A stretch of DNA of 64,000 bases, from positions 45,136,001-45,200,000 of the forward strand of contig OX597823.1 in NCBI GenBank assembly GCA_951406725.2. Direction: 5' to 3'. The notes beneath the pieces are model-generated. The model was not told the origin of the DNA. It was given only the letters and a program-made list of their open reading frames with translations, and made no database searches. A program made the position numbers and the translations under genes. The stretch comes from Octopus vulgaris (lineage: Eukaryota). Below are positions 27,581-41,026 of this stretch, one piece after another; positions within the stretch are counted from its first letter, which is position 1, and each line of letters begins with the position of its first letter.

Positions 27581-28850
27581 TCTTACCAACATTTGGGCTG
27601 CTTGACTGGACACTTGATGAGGTCCGAGCCATTGATGTGAAAACCAGAAAAATACTAACAAGTGCACATAATTTCCCCATAAACAGTGACATAGACCACC
27701 TCTACCTAAAACAAAAACAAGGCAGCGGAGACTTAACAGCGATCCAAAATGTCTTTGAATGTCACATCATATACCTTCGGCAACATCTTTTAACCACCAA
27801 ATGTCGAAGTGTATTCTTTGACAAAGTTTGCGTACATGAGGCTGATAACATCATAAGACTCAGAAGGCAGCTCCTTGAGAAACATTCTTTGTCCAACAAC
27901 CTAGAATAAGTGTTCAAAGAAGTCACATGACTCTACTGCAACATATCATCAGATGAAAGGATGAGACTACATGAGCAGAAGACTATGCATGGATATGTTA
28001 GTAGAAAGCTCCGAGATGATAGTAACATCGATCATCAAAGCAGTTTATCATGGACCAATAGCCGGATTACTGCCTCCTACTTTGAAGGGTGTGCGTTTGC
28101 AATCCAGATACAGGAAGTATCAACCAAATACCTGATGCACAAAAGGGATAGAGATGTAGGAAAAGCAGTAAAATGTGACAACTGATGCAGACTTTGTGGA
28201 GTTCACACAGCAGATATCCCCTCATCATAAGCAGTTGTCTGAAAATGTTATGGTATTATCTATCGATGAGACATAATGTTGTAGCAAGGACACTTTGTAA
28301 TGAAATCCATTGGAAGGATAACCCTGAGAACAAAGAAATAAGAACCCACTGTATGGTAGATGCCATAGACACTCATAATAAAAAGGAGTACTGGTGGAAT
28401 GTCCTAGTGAAGACCTAAGCACACCAGACCTGATATAATGATTTGGGATAGAGAAGAGAAACTGTCCACAGTTGTGGAGATTAGCTGCCCAGCAGATGTT
28501 AACATAAAATTGAAGATCAGTGAAAAAGAAAACACCTGAACTATTGAGAAATCTGTAGTTACTCTATCCAGATTACAAGTTCAGGTTTATACCTGTAATT
28601 ATTGGGGTCCTAGGATTTGTAACACACTGCCTAAATACCAATCATGAGGAAATAGGCTTCTCAAAACCAGAAAAGAGAAGCTAATTTGAAGACTACAGAT
28701 TCAACCCATCACCGGAACTAAAAATCTGTAAAACTTCCCAGAATTATTTTATCATTTAAATATATATGAGTATGTCTAGATATTCAACTATACACATGAG
28801 AATACATACATAAAGCAAAACATATAAATCTGCACACATACATAATACAT
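27581..28850 (+). mobile_element. 5'-truncated RLE-type non-LTR retrotransposon (R4/Dong-like), pseudogenised
   Basis: IDHLYLKQKQGSGDL (RLYLPRxxGGRGL-like), zinc knuckle CRLCG at 28186, RHNVVAR, restriction-like endonuclease RPDIMIWD..VEISCP; several stops and frameshifts; (CATA)n on both sides. Confidence 0.88.
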
Positions 28851-28998
28851 TCATACATACATACATGCATACATACATACATACATACATACATACATAC
28901 ATACATACATACATACATACATACTACATACATTCATACATACATACATACATATATACATACATACATACATACATATATATATACATACATACATA

Positions 28999-30255
28999 CA
29001 GGAGTTGGACAAAATAATGGAAACACCTAGTATCATAGCATCATAGCATCATAATTTTGAAATATCTATAAAACCATCAAAAGCTTGTTTGTTTTTATGT
29101 TTTTTGATTTATTATTAGTGCTGCTTAATATATTTTGCTAAAATTGCTGTTTCTTTTCAGATATCATCAGAAAAAGGTAATTAAAATTCATTAAAATGAC
29201 AGATCTATCAGACTTTCAAAGAGGTTAAATTGTTGGGTACTTTGTATGGCAGGCGTTTGTATAATGAAAACAGCCAAAGAGTTTGGTGTATCAAGAATTA
29301 CTGTCTTGAAAGTAATGACAGCCTTTGAGAAAGAGGGAAAAACCTCCCTGTCAAAACAAAACTCAGGAAGAAAACCAAAACTTTCAGATAGGGACTGTCA
29401 GACTTTTATGCGAATTGTTAGAAAGGATCACAAAAGTACAGCTCCCAAAATTATTTCAGAGCATAATGATCACCTTGAGAACCCAGTTTCCACAAAAACT
29501 GCTTGCTCGGAGCTGCACAAAGCCAGATTTCAGAGGAGGGCTGCAATCAGAAAACCACTACTTTCAAGAACAAACATTGCAAAGTGTTTAGAGTGGAGTA
29601 AAAACCTACAGAATTGGTCTCTAGAGCAGTGGAAGAATGTTATTTTCTCAGACAAGTCATCCTTTACCTTATTTCCAACTACCAGCTGAGTATTCATGTG
29701 GATACAGCCAAATGAAGCATTTTATCCAGACTACCTTAAACATGGGGGAGGAGCTATGATGATCTAGGAGTGGGGCTATATCTTGGAAATCCGCAGGTCC
29801 AATGGTTTCCCTTCATGGCAGAATTAATAGTCAAGACTATTTAAGCATTGTATCTGATCAAATACATCCTATGGTTGTGAAACTGTTTCCAGAGGGAAAC
29901 ATAATCTTTCAGGATGATAATGCACCAATTCACACAGCTAAAATTGTTACTGAATGGCACAAGGAACATTCTGGTGAAGTTGAACATCCTATCTGGTCAC
30001 CACAGTCCCCAGATCTCAATATTATCGATTATTTATACTGCATTTTAGAAAAACAAACAAGGAGTTGATATCCTCCACCATCATCACTTCAAGAACTGGA
30101 GACTGTTTTAGCTGAGGAATGGACAATTCAAACTTTGTACGAGTCCATACTTCGTAGAAGTCAAGGTGTATTTACTGGTAAAGGCGGTCCCACCCCATAT
30201 TAAAATTAATTTGTTCGAAATTTTAAGGTGTTTTCATTATTTTGTCCAACCCCTG
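28999..30255 (+). mobile_element. Full-length decayed Tc1/mariner transposon with DD36E-type spacing, copy 1
   Basis: TA TSD; about 30-bp TIRs CAGGAGTTGGACAAAATAATGGAAACACCT / AGGTGTTTTCATTATTTTGTCCAACCCCTG; disrupted transposase 29196-30203 with IFSDKSSF, FQDDNAPIH and SPDLNII. Confidence 0.96.
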
Positions 30256-30339
30256 TATATATATATATATATATGCACACACACACATGCGTGCACACAC
30301 ATGCATACACACACACATAAGTAAGTATATAAATGTAAA

Positions 30340-30545
30340 GCAAGGTGAGAAAGATAGTACTTGAATACCAAAGGTAGAGTAATATGCTTTTTATCAAACC
30401 TGAAAAAGTCTTCACTATATACCGTAGTAAGCACATAAATGTGAAACAAGGTGGAAAAAAGAGTACTCAAATACCAGAGGTAGAGTAATATGCTTTATTT
30501 AAAAGCAGCAGAAATATAACAAAAGCTGGCTTTTAAATAAAGTAT
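30340..30545. mobile_element. Probable Penelope-like terminal fragment in a TA/CA array
   Basis: Internal direct repeat AATACCA(A/G)AGGTAGAGTAATATGCTTT plus a short fold-back; near-identical sequence at 41885-41990. Confidence 0.5.
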
Positions 30546-30945
30546 ATATATATATATATGTATATGTTCTCTTAATTCAGAGTGAACTTGGTAGCAAGGT
30601 TGTGAAGGAAAGCCTCTTGTTTTAACCATTATACTTTAAATCTTTAGAAGGTCTTGCAGATTTTTATTGTCCCTGATATTGTGATTACTTGTAGCATATG
30701 AATTAAGAATTTGCATTCACTCCCCAAAGAAACCAAGTTCAGCCACTCTTTGCTCCAGACAGGGTTGTATGTATCCTGTTACTCCAGTAATAATGGGTAT
30801 CAGGTGGAAAGTGCATTGTTAGATGTCCTCTGTCTCATGCATTTTTCTAACCACATGTATGCACATATCTATTTAAGTGTGTATGTGTGTGTGCATATGT
30901 GTGTGTGTTTGCCTACCACCACAAGAAGAAGAAGAAGGAAATAAC

Positions 30946-31007
<62 letters not shown>

Positions 31008-32032
31008 TGATGATGAGAAGAAGAAGAAGAAGAAGAAGAAGAAGAAGAAGAAGAAGAAGAAGAAGAAGAAGAAGAAGAAGAAGAAGAAAAGAGGGGGATG
31101 TTGGGAGGATCTACTCAACTGTGTTTTGTTGGAATATGGCTGGGAGAACTGTTTCTTTTCATTCATTGATTGGTTAGTTCGATCTAATTAAACATCAGAA
31201 TGTGGCCTGTTTTATTACTTGAATCAACATTTGGTAATGTGATTTTGTGATTTATGTAGAACAAATTGCAGCCCCTGGTAAAATGGTTTTAGATTTTAAA
31301 TGTGTGATTGAATTAACTTCCTAACTGGGACCACACCATCTTCATTTACCTGCTTGACCTTCAGCTCACAATGATGCCTCTATGCATGTCTTGAACTTGT
31401 TAGAAATAACAACCACATCTCCCTCAAATTTTTCTTCTACCTCTTAAAATTGAGGTCATTGGTAAGTGTATTTCTGGATACACTATGGTTGAAAAAGAAA
31501 AGAAAGAACAGGATGGTCACAGCTTGAATATCTTTGACAATAGCCTCAATTTGATCAATATTGAACTGGGATCTGAGCAAAAGCTTCCTTATATGATTTG
31601 GAAGAGAGGTTCACCTCCATTGAAAAATATATGGTTAATAAGAATTTCTTACACTGGTACAAGTTCCCAAATCATTTTGGTGGAAAAGTGCATAGCCAAT
31701 TGACATGATCCGAATATATTCCTGATACATATTTTATGAAACTCAGAAAGATGAGAGCAAATTTGGTTCACAACAGGACTTCAGCTCATATTGCAGAAGA
31801 AGTTAGATATTTAGTATGACAATCTTTTGTTCATGCTACTCAATCCACTTAATGATAATGATAATCCTTTCTACTATAGGCACAAAGCCTGAAATTTGAG
31901 GAAAGTGCTAGTTGATTTTCTCGATCCAAAGTTGACCTTTGTGGAATTTGAACTCAAAATGTTAAGAGGGATGAAACGCTACCAAGCATTTTGTCTGGTA
32001 TGCTATCAGTTCTGCCAGCATGCACAGTCTTG

Positions 32033-32094
<62 letters not shown>

Positions 32095-32095
<1 letters not shown>

Positions 32096-32336
32096 TACAG
32101 GAAGTGCAAAAAATCCTGTCAACTGGAACAGCTCATGTACTGAGAAGAGCATTATCACTGTGAAAACAACATCCATTCATGAATTTATTTATTTATTAAT
32201 TTTTTAAATACATATTTTACCTGTGAATTTGCGTGTGTAATTTGGGAATGCATACAATGAGGTTCTCTGCCCTAGGTGTATGGAAAACACTCGGCGAGAA
32301 ACGGAAGAAAATTTGAAGAAAGATGGAAAAAAAAAA
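32095..32336 (+). mobile_element. Short 3' end of an R4/Dong-like non-LTR retrotransposon inserted in (TAA)n
   Basis: Reads VQEVQKILSTGTAHVLRRALSL*, the QKxxLLGTAHILR C-terminus of this clade, then a 3' UTR and oligo-A; (TAA)n on both flanks. Confidence 0.8.
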
Positions 32337-33469
32337 TAATAATAACAATAATAATAACAACAATAATAATAACAACAATGCTAATAATAATGCTTTGTAC
32401 TATAGGTACAAGGCCTGGAACTTGAGGTGAGGGGGATCGTCAATCACATCGAGTCCAGTACTTGACTGGTTGCTTAATTTATCAATTGTGGAAGGATGAC
32501 AGGCATAGTTGACCTCAGCGGAATTTGAATTCAGAAAGTAAAGATGGACAAAATGCTGCTAAGTGTGTTGTTCCCTCACCTGTCTTTGTCTTTTGTTATC
32601 TGTGCATTTGAGCTATATGAACCTTGAGGACAGGTTAATGTTGATGAAATCCAAGTTAACTCTCACTGAACAGATATATGATTAAAAGAATCCCAAATAG
32701 TAATTCCCTTTTTACATATTTGGTTTTCAAATAGGTATACAAAAATTATCTGGTGTGTTCTTCCTTTTTTAAATCTGTTGATGAAATTTGAAGAAGGAAA
32801 GTTAGCAATTATTTCTAACAGGCTGAATAACCATTTTGCAGCTACTTCATTGGCTCATCAGGAAAAAGTCGAAAATATATAATTGGGTCACTCTTGGCCT
32901 TTCTTAAAGAAATGACTACTGAATAAACAGAGCTGATTTCAACAAAGTGTGCATATTGGCTAGTTAGCAGTATGGACAAATACTTTCAGATATATGTGAT
33001 GTATCACAACGGATGCACAAATCTAACCATACTTATGCTAACAGTACTATTTGTCCACTGCATATTTTCATCAAAGAGCATTTATATCTAAATGCATTGT
33101 CAGCAAAGAAAAAAATGCTTAAAGTATTTATATACTTTAACAGGGAAGTCACAGTTATGATTAAAACTGTTAAACAGAAATGACAGCAACTGAAGAAGCA
33201 AAGAGGTGATCTTCGTCAAATGTCTTAAACCTGAGTTTAACAACTGCTGTCCACAGAATGGCTTTCATTGGTTGATTTGAACTTGCTATGTATGTTATAT
33301 TGGTTTTCTTTTGTGTTGTTTTATTGTCACAGCTTATTTTCTTGTGGTATTCATGATTAGGACTTTTGCAGAAAAAGAAATAAATATCTTTTCTTTTATT
33401 CCTTTACAAAAATTGCTTTTTTTGTGAGAGTGTGTGTTGAGTGTGTGTGTGTGTGTATGTGTGTGGATG

Positions 33470-33519
<50 letters not shown>

Positions 33520-34162
33520 TGTGTATGTGTATGTTACAATGTGACATCCATTTATTCACACCAGCATAGATGAGATTGGTTTTTGTAAATTTGTACACTT
33601 GAAAATAAGTTGTCCAATCGTCTTTAGAACTGAATATTGAGAAGCTCTGGTATTTGTGAGAGAGCCATGTCTTTCTTTCTCTTTTTTTTGTAACAAACAG
33701 AGTTGGTATCCTTTTCTCAAAAGCATCACAATACCAGTACTGTTTTTAGTAAGTTTTACATTAACCTCACATTCAGTGGACTTTTATATCTGAATATATA
33801 TATGGCTGCACACCTACGAATTTGTTGTAAGAGTGGTGAAAGTAACCTATATGCATTGACCTACTCTTATCATCTCCCTGTAGACTGAAGAACGCAACAG
33901 AAAAAGGGCAAGTTTTTTTTTGATTGGTTACAGTAATCCTGAATCTTTGAGTTCTTTGACTGACCCCCAATGATTGTCTCCCTTTTGAGACCTTTAATCT
34001 CTTTCCCTTTCAGCACTTTTCTGCCTATTCTGTTCCATAATCAGTTTTACAGCACACTCTGCCATTGGTTTTTATAATCTTTCCTTGCAAAATCCCCTCA
34101 TCTGTTACTCTTGTGGCAATAATAAATAAAGGGCTGTTGTTGTTATTATTATTATTATTATT

Positions 34163-34245
<83 letters not shown>

Positions 34246-35015
34246 TACTAAGCTGATGTGCTGGCAAAATCCTTAGCATGCTGGACAAACTGCTTAGTGG
34301 TATTTTGCCCATCGCTACGTTCTGAGTTCAAATTCCACTGAGGTTGACTATGCCTTTCATTATTTTTGGGTTGATAAAATAAGTACCAGTTGAACACTGG
34401 GATCGATGTAATCAACTCATCCCCTCCCCCAAAATTGCTGCCTTTGTGGCAGAATTCAATATCTTTATCATTATTGTTATTACTATTATTAGTAGTAGTA
34501 TTATTATTAAGCTGGTGAGCTGGACTGTTGGGCCTCACAGTGGCAATGACAAATGACTGAGGCCAAGTAAAATCGCAGTCATAGCAGATACTGGTGTCAT
34601 GCAAATGGCAACCATGTTGGTGGTACGTAAAAGCACCCATTACACTCTCAGAGTGGTTGGTGTTAGGAAGGGTATATCCAGCTGTAGAAACCATGCCAAA
34701 TCAGATTGGAGTTTGGTGCAGCCTTCCAGCTTGCCAGTCCTGGTGAAACCATCCAACCCATGCCAGTATGGACAATGGACATTAAATGATGCTAATTATC
34801 ATCATCATCATCATCATCATCATAATAATTATTATTATTAGATAATAAGAAGAGCATGATAATTTTGAATTTTTATCATTTTTAATTTTGAATTTGACAA
34901 AGACAGGTTAGCTGTCAAAATATATTCAACCAATAAAATATCCATTCCAATCACATTGCACTCTTTGTATTGTCTATTTACCTTTGTGAAGAGTTATATT
35001 AATCCTTTTAAAATA

Positions 35016-35052
<37 letters not shown>

Positions 35053-35254
35053 GGCAGTGAGCTGGCAGAATCATTAGCATGCTGGGCAAAATGCTTAGTG
35101 GCATTTCGTCCATCTTCATATTCTAAGTTTAAATTCTGCTGATGTCAACTTTGCCTTTCATTCTTTTGGGGTCAATACAGTGCAACACTGGGGTCAATGT
35201 AATCGACTAGTCCCCTCCCCACAAATTTCAGGCCTTATGCCTTCAGTGGAAGGA

Positions 35255-35289
<35 letters not shown>

Positions 35290-35500
35290 CATTATTGAGC
35301 TGGCAGAGTCGTTAGCATGCTGGGTAAAATGCTTAGTGGTATTTTGTCTTGCTTTGTTCTAAGTTCAAATTCTGCTGAGGTTGACTTTGCCTTTCATCCT
35401 TTCAGAGTTGATAAATTAAGTACCAGTTGAGTACTGGGGTTGATATAATCAATTCACCCCTCCTCCAAATTTCAGACCTTGTGTCTATAGTAGAAAGGAT
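35053..35500 (+). mobile_element. Tandem pair of a tRNA-derived SINE (body GACTTTGCCTTTCATCC..GATAAAATAAGTACCAG)
   Basis: A-box-like TGGCAGAATC, B-box-like (G/A)GTTCAAATTC, (ATT)n tails. Other copies at about 445-630, 15375-15590, 18305-18517(-), 22230-22387(-), 22640-22855(-), 31865-32020(-), 32393-32567(-), 34250-34460(-), 37225-37385, 57512-57727, 57745-57960, 60760-60880 and 62402-62620. Confidence 0.85.
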
Positions 35501-36265
35501 TATTTATTGAGTGAGAGAGCAGTGTATGCCATCAAAGTGACATTGGGGTAAAATATACAAAGCCCAGTATACCTATCATGACTACCCATCTGATAAGGAT
35601 ACACCAGGCACATGCATCAGAACTACATGCATGCAAGATAAACAATATCAAGACAAACAGTGCATCACAGAACTCCAGGAGACTAGTTCCAGCTTCATTT
35701 CTGGTACCAACTCCATGGCCTCCGTGTACACCATGGAAGATATCAGGCTGCTGTCTAGCTGAATAGCCTGTTGTTGCCAGTCAATTTTTACAATAGAATG
35801 TCTCATATGAATTTTTGTTTATTTCATGCCTTCCCTGATCAGGCTTCTTGATCAAGACAAATTTGTGCATTTTTCGCAAAAAACTTCATTGAGGATTTTT
35901 TTTCCTTTTAAAATTACTTACATGTCTGTTCAACCATTTCACATGACTTTATTCATTAGAACCTATTAAAACTTCAGAAATTCTTACAACTTTAGTTGTT
36001 GTAATGCCTTGCTTTCATTTGTTTAATAACGTACACAAAGGTAATCATGAGTTTAAAATTGTGTGTAGTAGACATAGGTATTTATGTATGTATGTATGTA
36101 TGTATGTTTGTGTGTGTGTCTGTGTGTAAGTTTTTTTTTACAATGGACAGCAAAAATCCAGCTACCCTCTTTCTCTTTAAAGCTTCATATTTCTCACACA
36201 CTCCTTTCTTACCCTTCCTTGGTGTTTTAAAAGTTAGTTATGTGTATGTGCATGTGTGTATGTGT

Positions 36266-36297
<32 letters not shown>

Positions 36298-36329
36298 ATG
36301 CATGCATGTATCTATGTATTTATGAAAGT

Positions 36330-36681
36330 ATGTATGCAGCCTCATGTGTATATCCACGAAGGACAGCTGTTTTAACGTTTTCATCCCACTGCCACACCAT
36401 ATTTGTCACTTAAACAACACTGTTGTGCCCTTCCTTGATATCAGCCACATTCATTTTGTTACCAGATTTTCCTCACCCTAACACTTTTTGCATCCTTCTC
36501 ATTTTATCAAATAATAGCCCAACCACACCATTATAGAATTTTATTGAAATCCAATTAGCTTGTAATTGAACTGGATGTTAGTTTAACAAGTATGCAAAAT
36601 TTCATCAAGATTGGTTCACTGGTGTCGGCAGCAAGATGGTAACAAACATGATTGACAGACAGAAATTGTCATTTATGTATA

Positions 36682-36685
<4 letters not shown>
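36330..36685 (-). mobile_element. Decayed non-autonomous Helitron/Helentron-like 5' region
   Basis: Minus strand starts A-TCTTATACATAAA, then CTGTCTGTC and AACCAATCTTGATGAAATTTTGCA, as in DINE/Lep1-like elements; 3' end not found. Confidence 0.45.
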
Positions 36686-36717
<32 letters not shown>

Positions 36718-36727
36718 ATCTATCTAT

Positions 36728-36769
<42 letters not shown>

Positions 36770-38001
36770 CTATATAGCACATAAAGAAATCCATAAATAT
36801 GCCTGTTCAAGTATCACAACAGCATGAAACTATTAGTAGCTTTTTCAGTTGTTACTTAATTTGATATATACCTATACACACACTCTCTCTCTCTTTCACA
36901 CACACAAACACACACACACAGACACACACACATATACACTCACAAACAGTGAAAAGAAGAGGAAAATTATATTTTTCCTTTTTTACCCCTTCCACTGTAG
37001 GTAATTCTTCTTATCCTTCTAGCAATACTGTCTCCATGGAATTCCATGTCACTTGTATGCCACACAGATAAACTTTCACATTCCGCATCACCATCATACT
37101 AACAGGATCAATAAACAGTAATAAGTAACACTATCTTATACTTACAAACAGCAGCATGAATGAACCTAAAGAAACAAAAAAACAACAGAAACAGCTGTGG
37201 TCGTCGTGATGGCGGTGGTGTTGGTAGTTTAAATTCCGCTGAGGTCGACTCTGCCTTTCATCCTTTCGGGGTCGATAAATTAAGTACCAGTTACGCACTG
37301 GGGTCGATGTAATCGACTTAATACCTATGTCTGTCCTTGTTTGTCCCCTCTATGTTTAGTCCCTTGTGGATAATAAAGAAATAGGTAATGGCAGAATGCA
37401 AGAGGGGGTAGGTAATATGGTGGTAGTGGTAGGTAAGGCATTTGGATTCTGACTTTTATTATCTTTGATCAATCAGGACTTTTAAATCCATTTGAAAAGA
37501 AGACATCACACACACATACACACACACGCACAATTACATGTACACACATGTAAATTTCTTTTTTAGTTGAAGCCACATTACTCAAGGGCATCAACTTCAA
37601 CAGTCTTGTACAGACTAAGCAGATAGCATATATAACTTCATTTCATGTGCCATATACAGAAGAGAGGATCTGAAACATTCTCTTATGGTGGAGAGAGTCA
37701 AAAGCTTTAGTAAAATCCACAAAGATGTCACACAAAGATGGCATACAAAGTTAACACACAAAGATTTTATTTCTTTTTTTGAAGCCAGATAGTTTCAAAG
37801 AATCAATGAAGAATTAAAATAGGATGACCTCAACGTGAGTCAAATAGCCAGCCACATGAGTTGTATCTTGTAAAAAACATCCTACATGTGGGCTGGCAAA
37901 CTGAAGAACCTCTGCAATAAGTCTGTGAATCTGAGAGGAGAATATGTTGAATAAAGTCATAATTAACTGATCCTCCTGTATTTTCTTTTATATATATTTT
38001 T

Positions 38002-38032
<31 letters not shown>

Positions 38033-38233
38033 TACAAATACCAATTACACTCTTGGAGTGATTGGCATTAGTAAGAGCATCCAGCTGTAGTAGAAACCAA
38101 GTCAAATCAGACTTGAACCTGGTGCAGCTCTCTGGTTTACCAGTTCCAGCCAAACTATCTAACAACCCATGCCAGCATGGAAAGCAAATGTTAGATGATG
38201 ATGATGATGATGATGATGATACATGAATATACA

Positions 38234-38302
<69 letters not shown>

Positions 38303-38321
38303 TATATACACATATATATGT

Positions 38322-38594
38322 GGAGGCGCAATGGCCTAGTGGTTAGGGCAGCAGACTCGCGGTCGCAGGATCGCGGTTTCGATTCCCAGACCGGGCTTTG
38401 TGAGTGTTTATTGAGCAAAAACAACTAAAAGCTCCACGAGGCTCCGGCAGGGGGTGATGATCCCTGCTGTACTCTTTCTTCTGTTGGCCTGCTTGCTTAA
38501 CCAGTGGGGTGGCGTCATTCGAAGGCTAAAACAATGCGAACGCATTGTGACCAGCGATATGTAACAACATCTGATGGTCTGGTCGGTCACGTGA
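38322..38594 (+). mobile_element. Young full-length tRNA-derived SINE in (TA)n
   Basis: A box TGGCCTAGTGG (38332), B box GGTTTCGATTCCC (38375), CpG-rich, ends GGTCACGTGA-(TA)n; older 3' fragment at about 23975-24075. Confidence 0.88.
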
Positions 38595-39375
38595 TATATA
38601 TATATATATATAAATATATATTTAAATAAAATTTACTTGGAAGAGGAATCATGGTGTTCAATCATATAATAATATAAATAATATATATATGCATATATAC
38701 ATATGTCTGTACTTATATATATATATGCATATGTGGGCACAGGATGTCACAAAATGTGTACAACAAAAAATACAAAGTACGAGTACATGGAATATGAACT
38801 ATTTTTTTGAACAATAAAAGACACAAATGGAAAACAAGACAAACAACGACCCTTCATCAGTTGTTTGCTGTTTTCTACTCTTGTATTTCATGCCTTTCAA
38901 AACAAGATACACTTTCGATAAGACAGTTGCTCCTGAAAATCAAATTAAATAAAATTTGGGATTTTGTAGAGGGTCAAAATTGGTAATAAAAACAGGACAG
39001 TGAAAGCAAACAGGAAGGGCTGCTAAGCCTAAATGAGGAGACAGACAAGAACACATCTTCCTTGATTCAGCTACAATGGAGAGAAAGAAAGAAACACAAG
39101 TTAGGAGAAGAAAGGAAGAGGGTGGATGGTCACGTGGGGACCACGTGAGCAAGGGAGGAAGAGTGAGGAAGAGAGAGTGATAGACAGAGAACTGTGACAG
39201 GGAGAGGAAAAAATTTGGAGACTGGATAAGTGTGAAATAGGGGGAGAAGGGGAGGTAGAAGAATAAGAGAAAGGAAGAGAGAAAAAATGGTGCCCACATA
39301 TGCATATATATATATATGTATAGATGTATGTCCATATACGTATGCATATATGCATATATATATATATTATTTATA

Positions 39376-39890
39376 TCTATATATATAAAACTGTAGTTGT
39401 GTGAGTGTCTGTCTCCTACGATTTGGATTTCTAACTCCTCTCACATTTTGCGATACAGTTTAACCAAATTCGGGTATCTTATAGTCGTGATTAATATCGA
39501 GCCCGTCTGGCTATTAGCGTGTGTCTACGATGAGTCTATGATTTTAAAAATAATTTAACATCATTTTTTATTCCATTTTAATGCATAATTTTTCGTGTGT
39601 CGATGGTGGCGGAGTTGCCGTCCACGGTCACACCTGCACCTGTGTTTGCTTCTCCCCCTTCTTCCCTCCCTCGTGAAGCTGTGGGGAAGGGAGTTTAAGG
39701 AAATCAACGTCGTAATGCGATGTCAAGGAGACCAGCGTTCTTTTAGAACAGCGACTTCATGGCTTGAAGACACCAAAACAGAAATGGCTAAGAAAGCCCG
39801 AATTGGCATCTATAAAGGAAGTAACTCTCTAAAAATGCTTATATAGTTATTTCCCTTACAAACCCGAGCAACGCCGGGCGATACTGCTAG
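39376..39890 (+). mobile_element. Non-autonomous Helitron, 515 bp
   Basis: 5' TC, 3' CTAG, subterminal hairpin CCCGAGCAACGCCGGG, inserted between A and T with no TSD. Confidence 0.88.
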
Positions 39891-40126
39891 TTATATATAT
39901 ATGTATGTGTGTATTTATATGTGTGTGTGAATATATGTATATATATATATATATATATCTGTGTGTGTGTGTGTGCATGTGTGTGTATGTGTGTATATAT
40001 ATACATATATTTAATCAAATCGAACATTAAAAATAATAAAACAGAAGGATGTACATATGGAATGTATTAGCTTGACACTGAGTAAAGGTGGAGAAAAAGT
40101 GTGTGTGTGTGTATGTGTGTGTGCAT

Positions 40127-40175
<49 letters not shown>

Positions 40176-41026
40176 TACACAAACATACATGTGTATACAT
40201 ACGTATATGTGTGTATGTGTTGAGAAAGAATGTAGTAATTTTATTTATGAAAATCATTAGAGAGCTGAATGAAAATACCACAATGCAGTATTCACTAGAT
40301 ACACACATGCTGGGGTCATAATCTTTAACTCTTTTGATTATTTGGGCACATCTAAAAGCATTTAGCAAAAGCATAATACATGCTTTTGCAATTTCATGCT
40401 CACACATGAGTGATGACCTTGGTTCGATTTAAATTAAAATTGGGTATTTTAAATTTGTACAGAAAGCTAAAAGGAAAAAATAAATCTATTATTTCAAAGC
40501 TAAAAATTTAGAAAAAAAATATAAAAAAAACTACAGCTTACCTTGTTTTATTGATCCAAATTGTGCAAAATAAAATCATCAATAACACATATTGAAGAGA
40601 CTCAGACGTTTGTATGGATGGTTTTAGCCTTAAATTATATTTCTAAAAATCCATGGCATGTCTAGATACCTCCTTGCAGTGATCTGTATGGGAATTACTG
40701 CAGTGAGTGTGTAGGGAGTCATATATATGTAATATGGTGAGTAGTCAAATTTTGATTAACCAAGATAATCTTTTTATGTTTTATTCTTTATCTTTAACTT
40801 GTTTCAGTCATTAGACTGCAGCCATGCTGGGGCACTGCCCAGAAGCTTTTAGTTGAATGAACTAATCCCAGTACTTATTTTTTATGAAGCCTGGTATTTA
40901 TTCTATCAGTCTCTTTTGCCAAACTGTTAAAGTTGTCAGGAGGGATGGGGGGGGAAACATAGACACAAAGACACACACACACACACACACAGAGTTGTCA
41001 GCTAAACTTGACAAAGGCCGTGAATA

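Noticed and set aside
38322-38395. Possible tRNA gene
   Set aside because: Has A and B boxes but no closing acceptor stem, and continues into a SINE body found elsewhere in the window.
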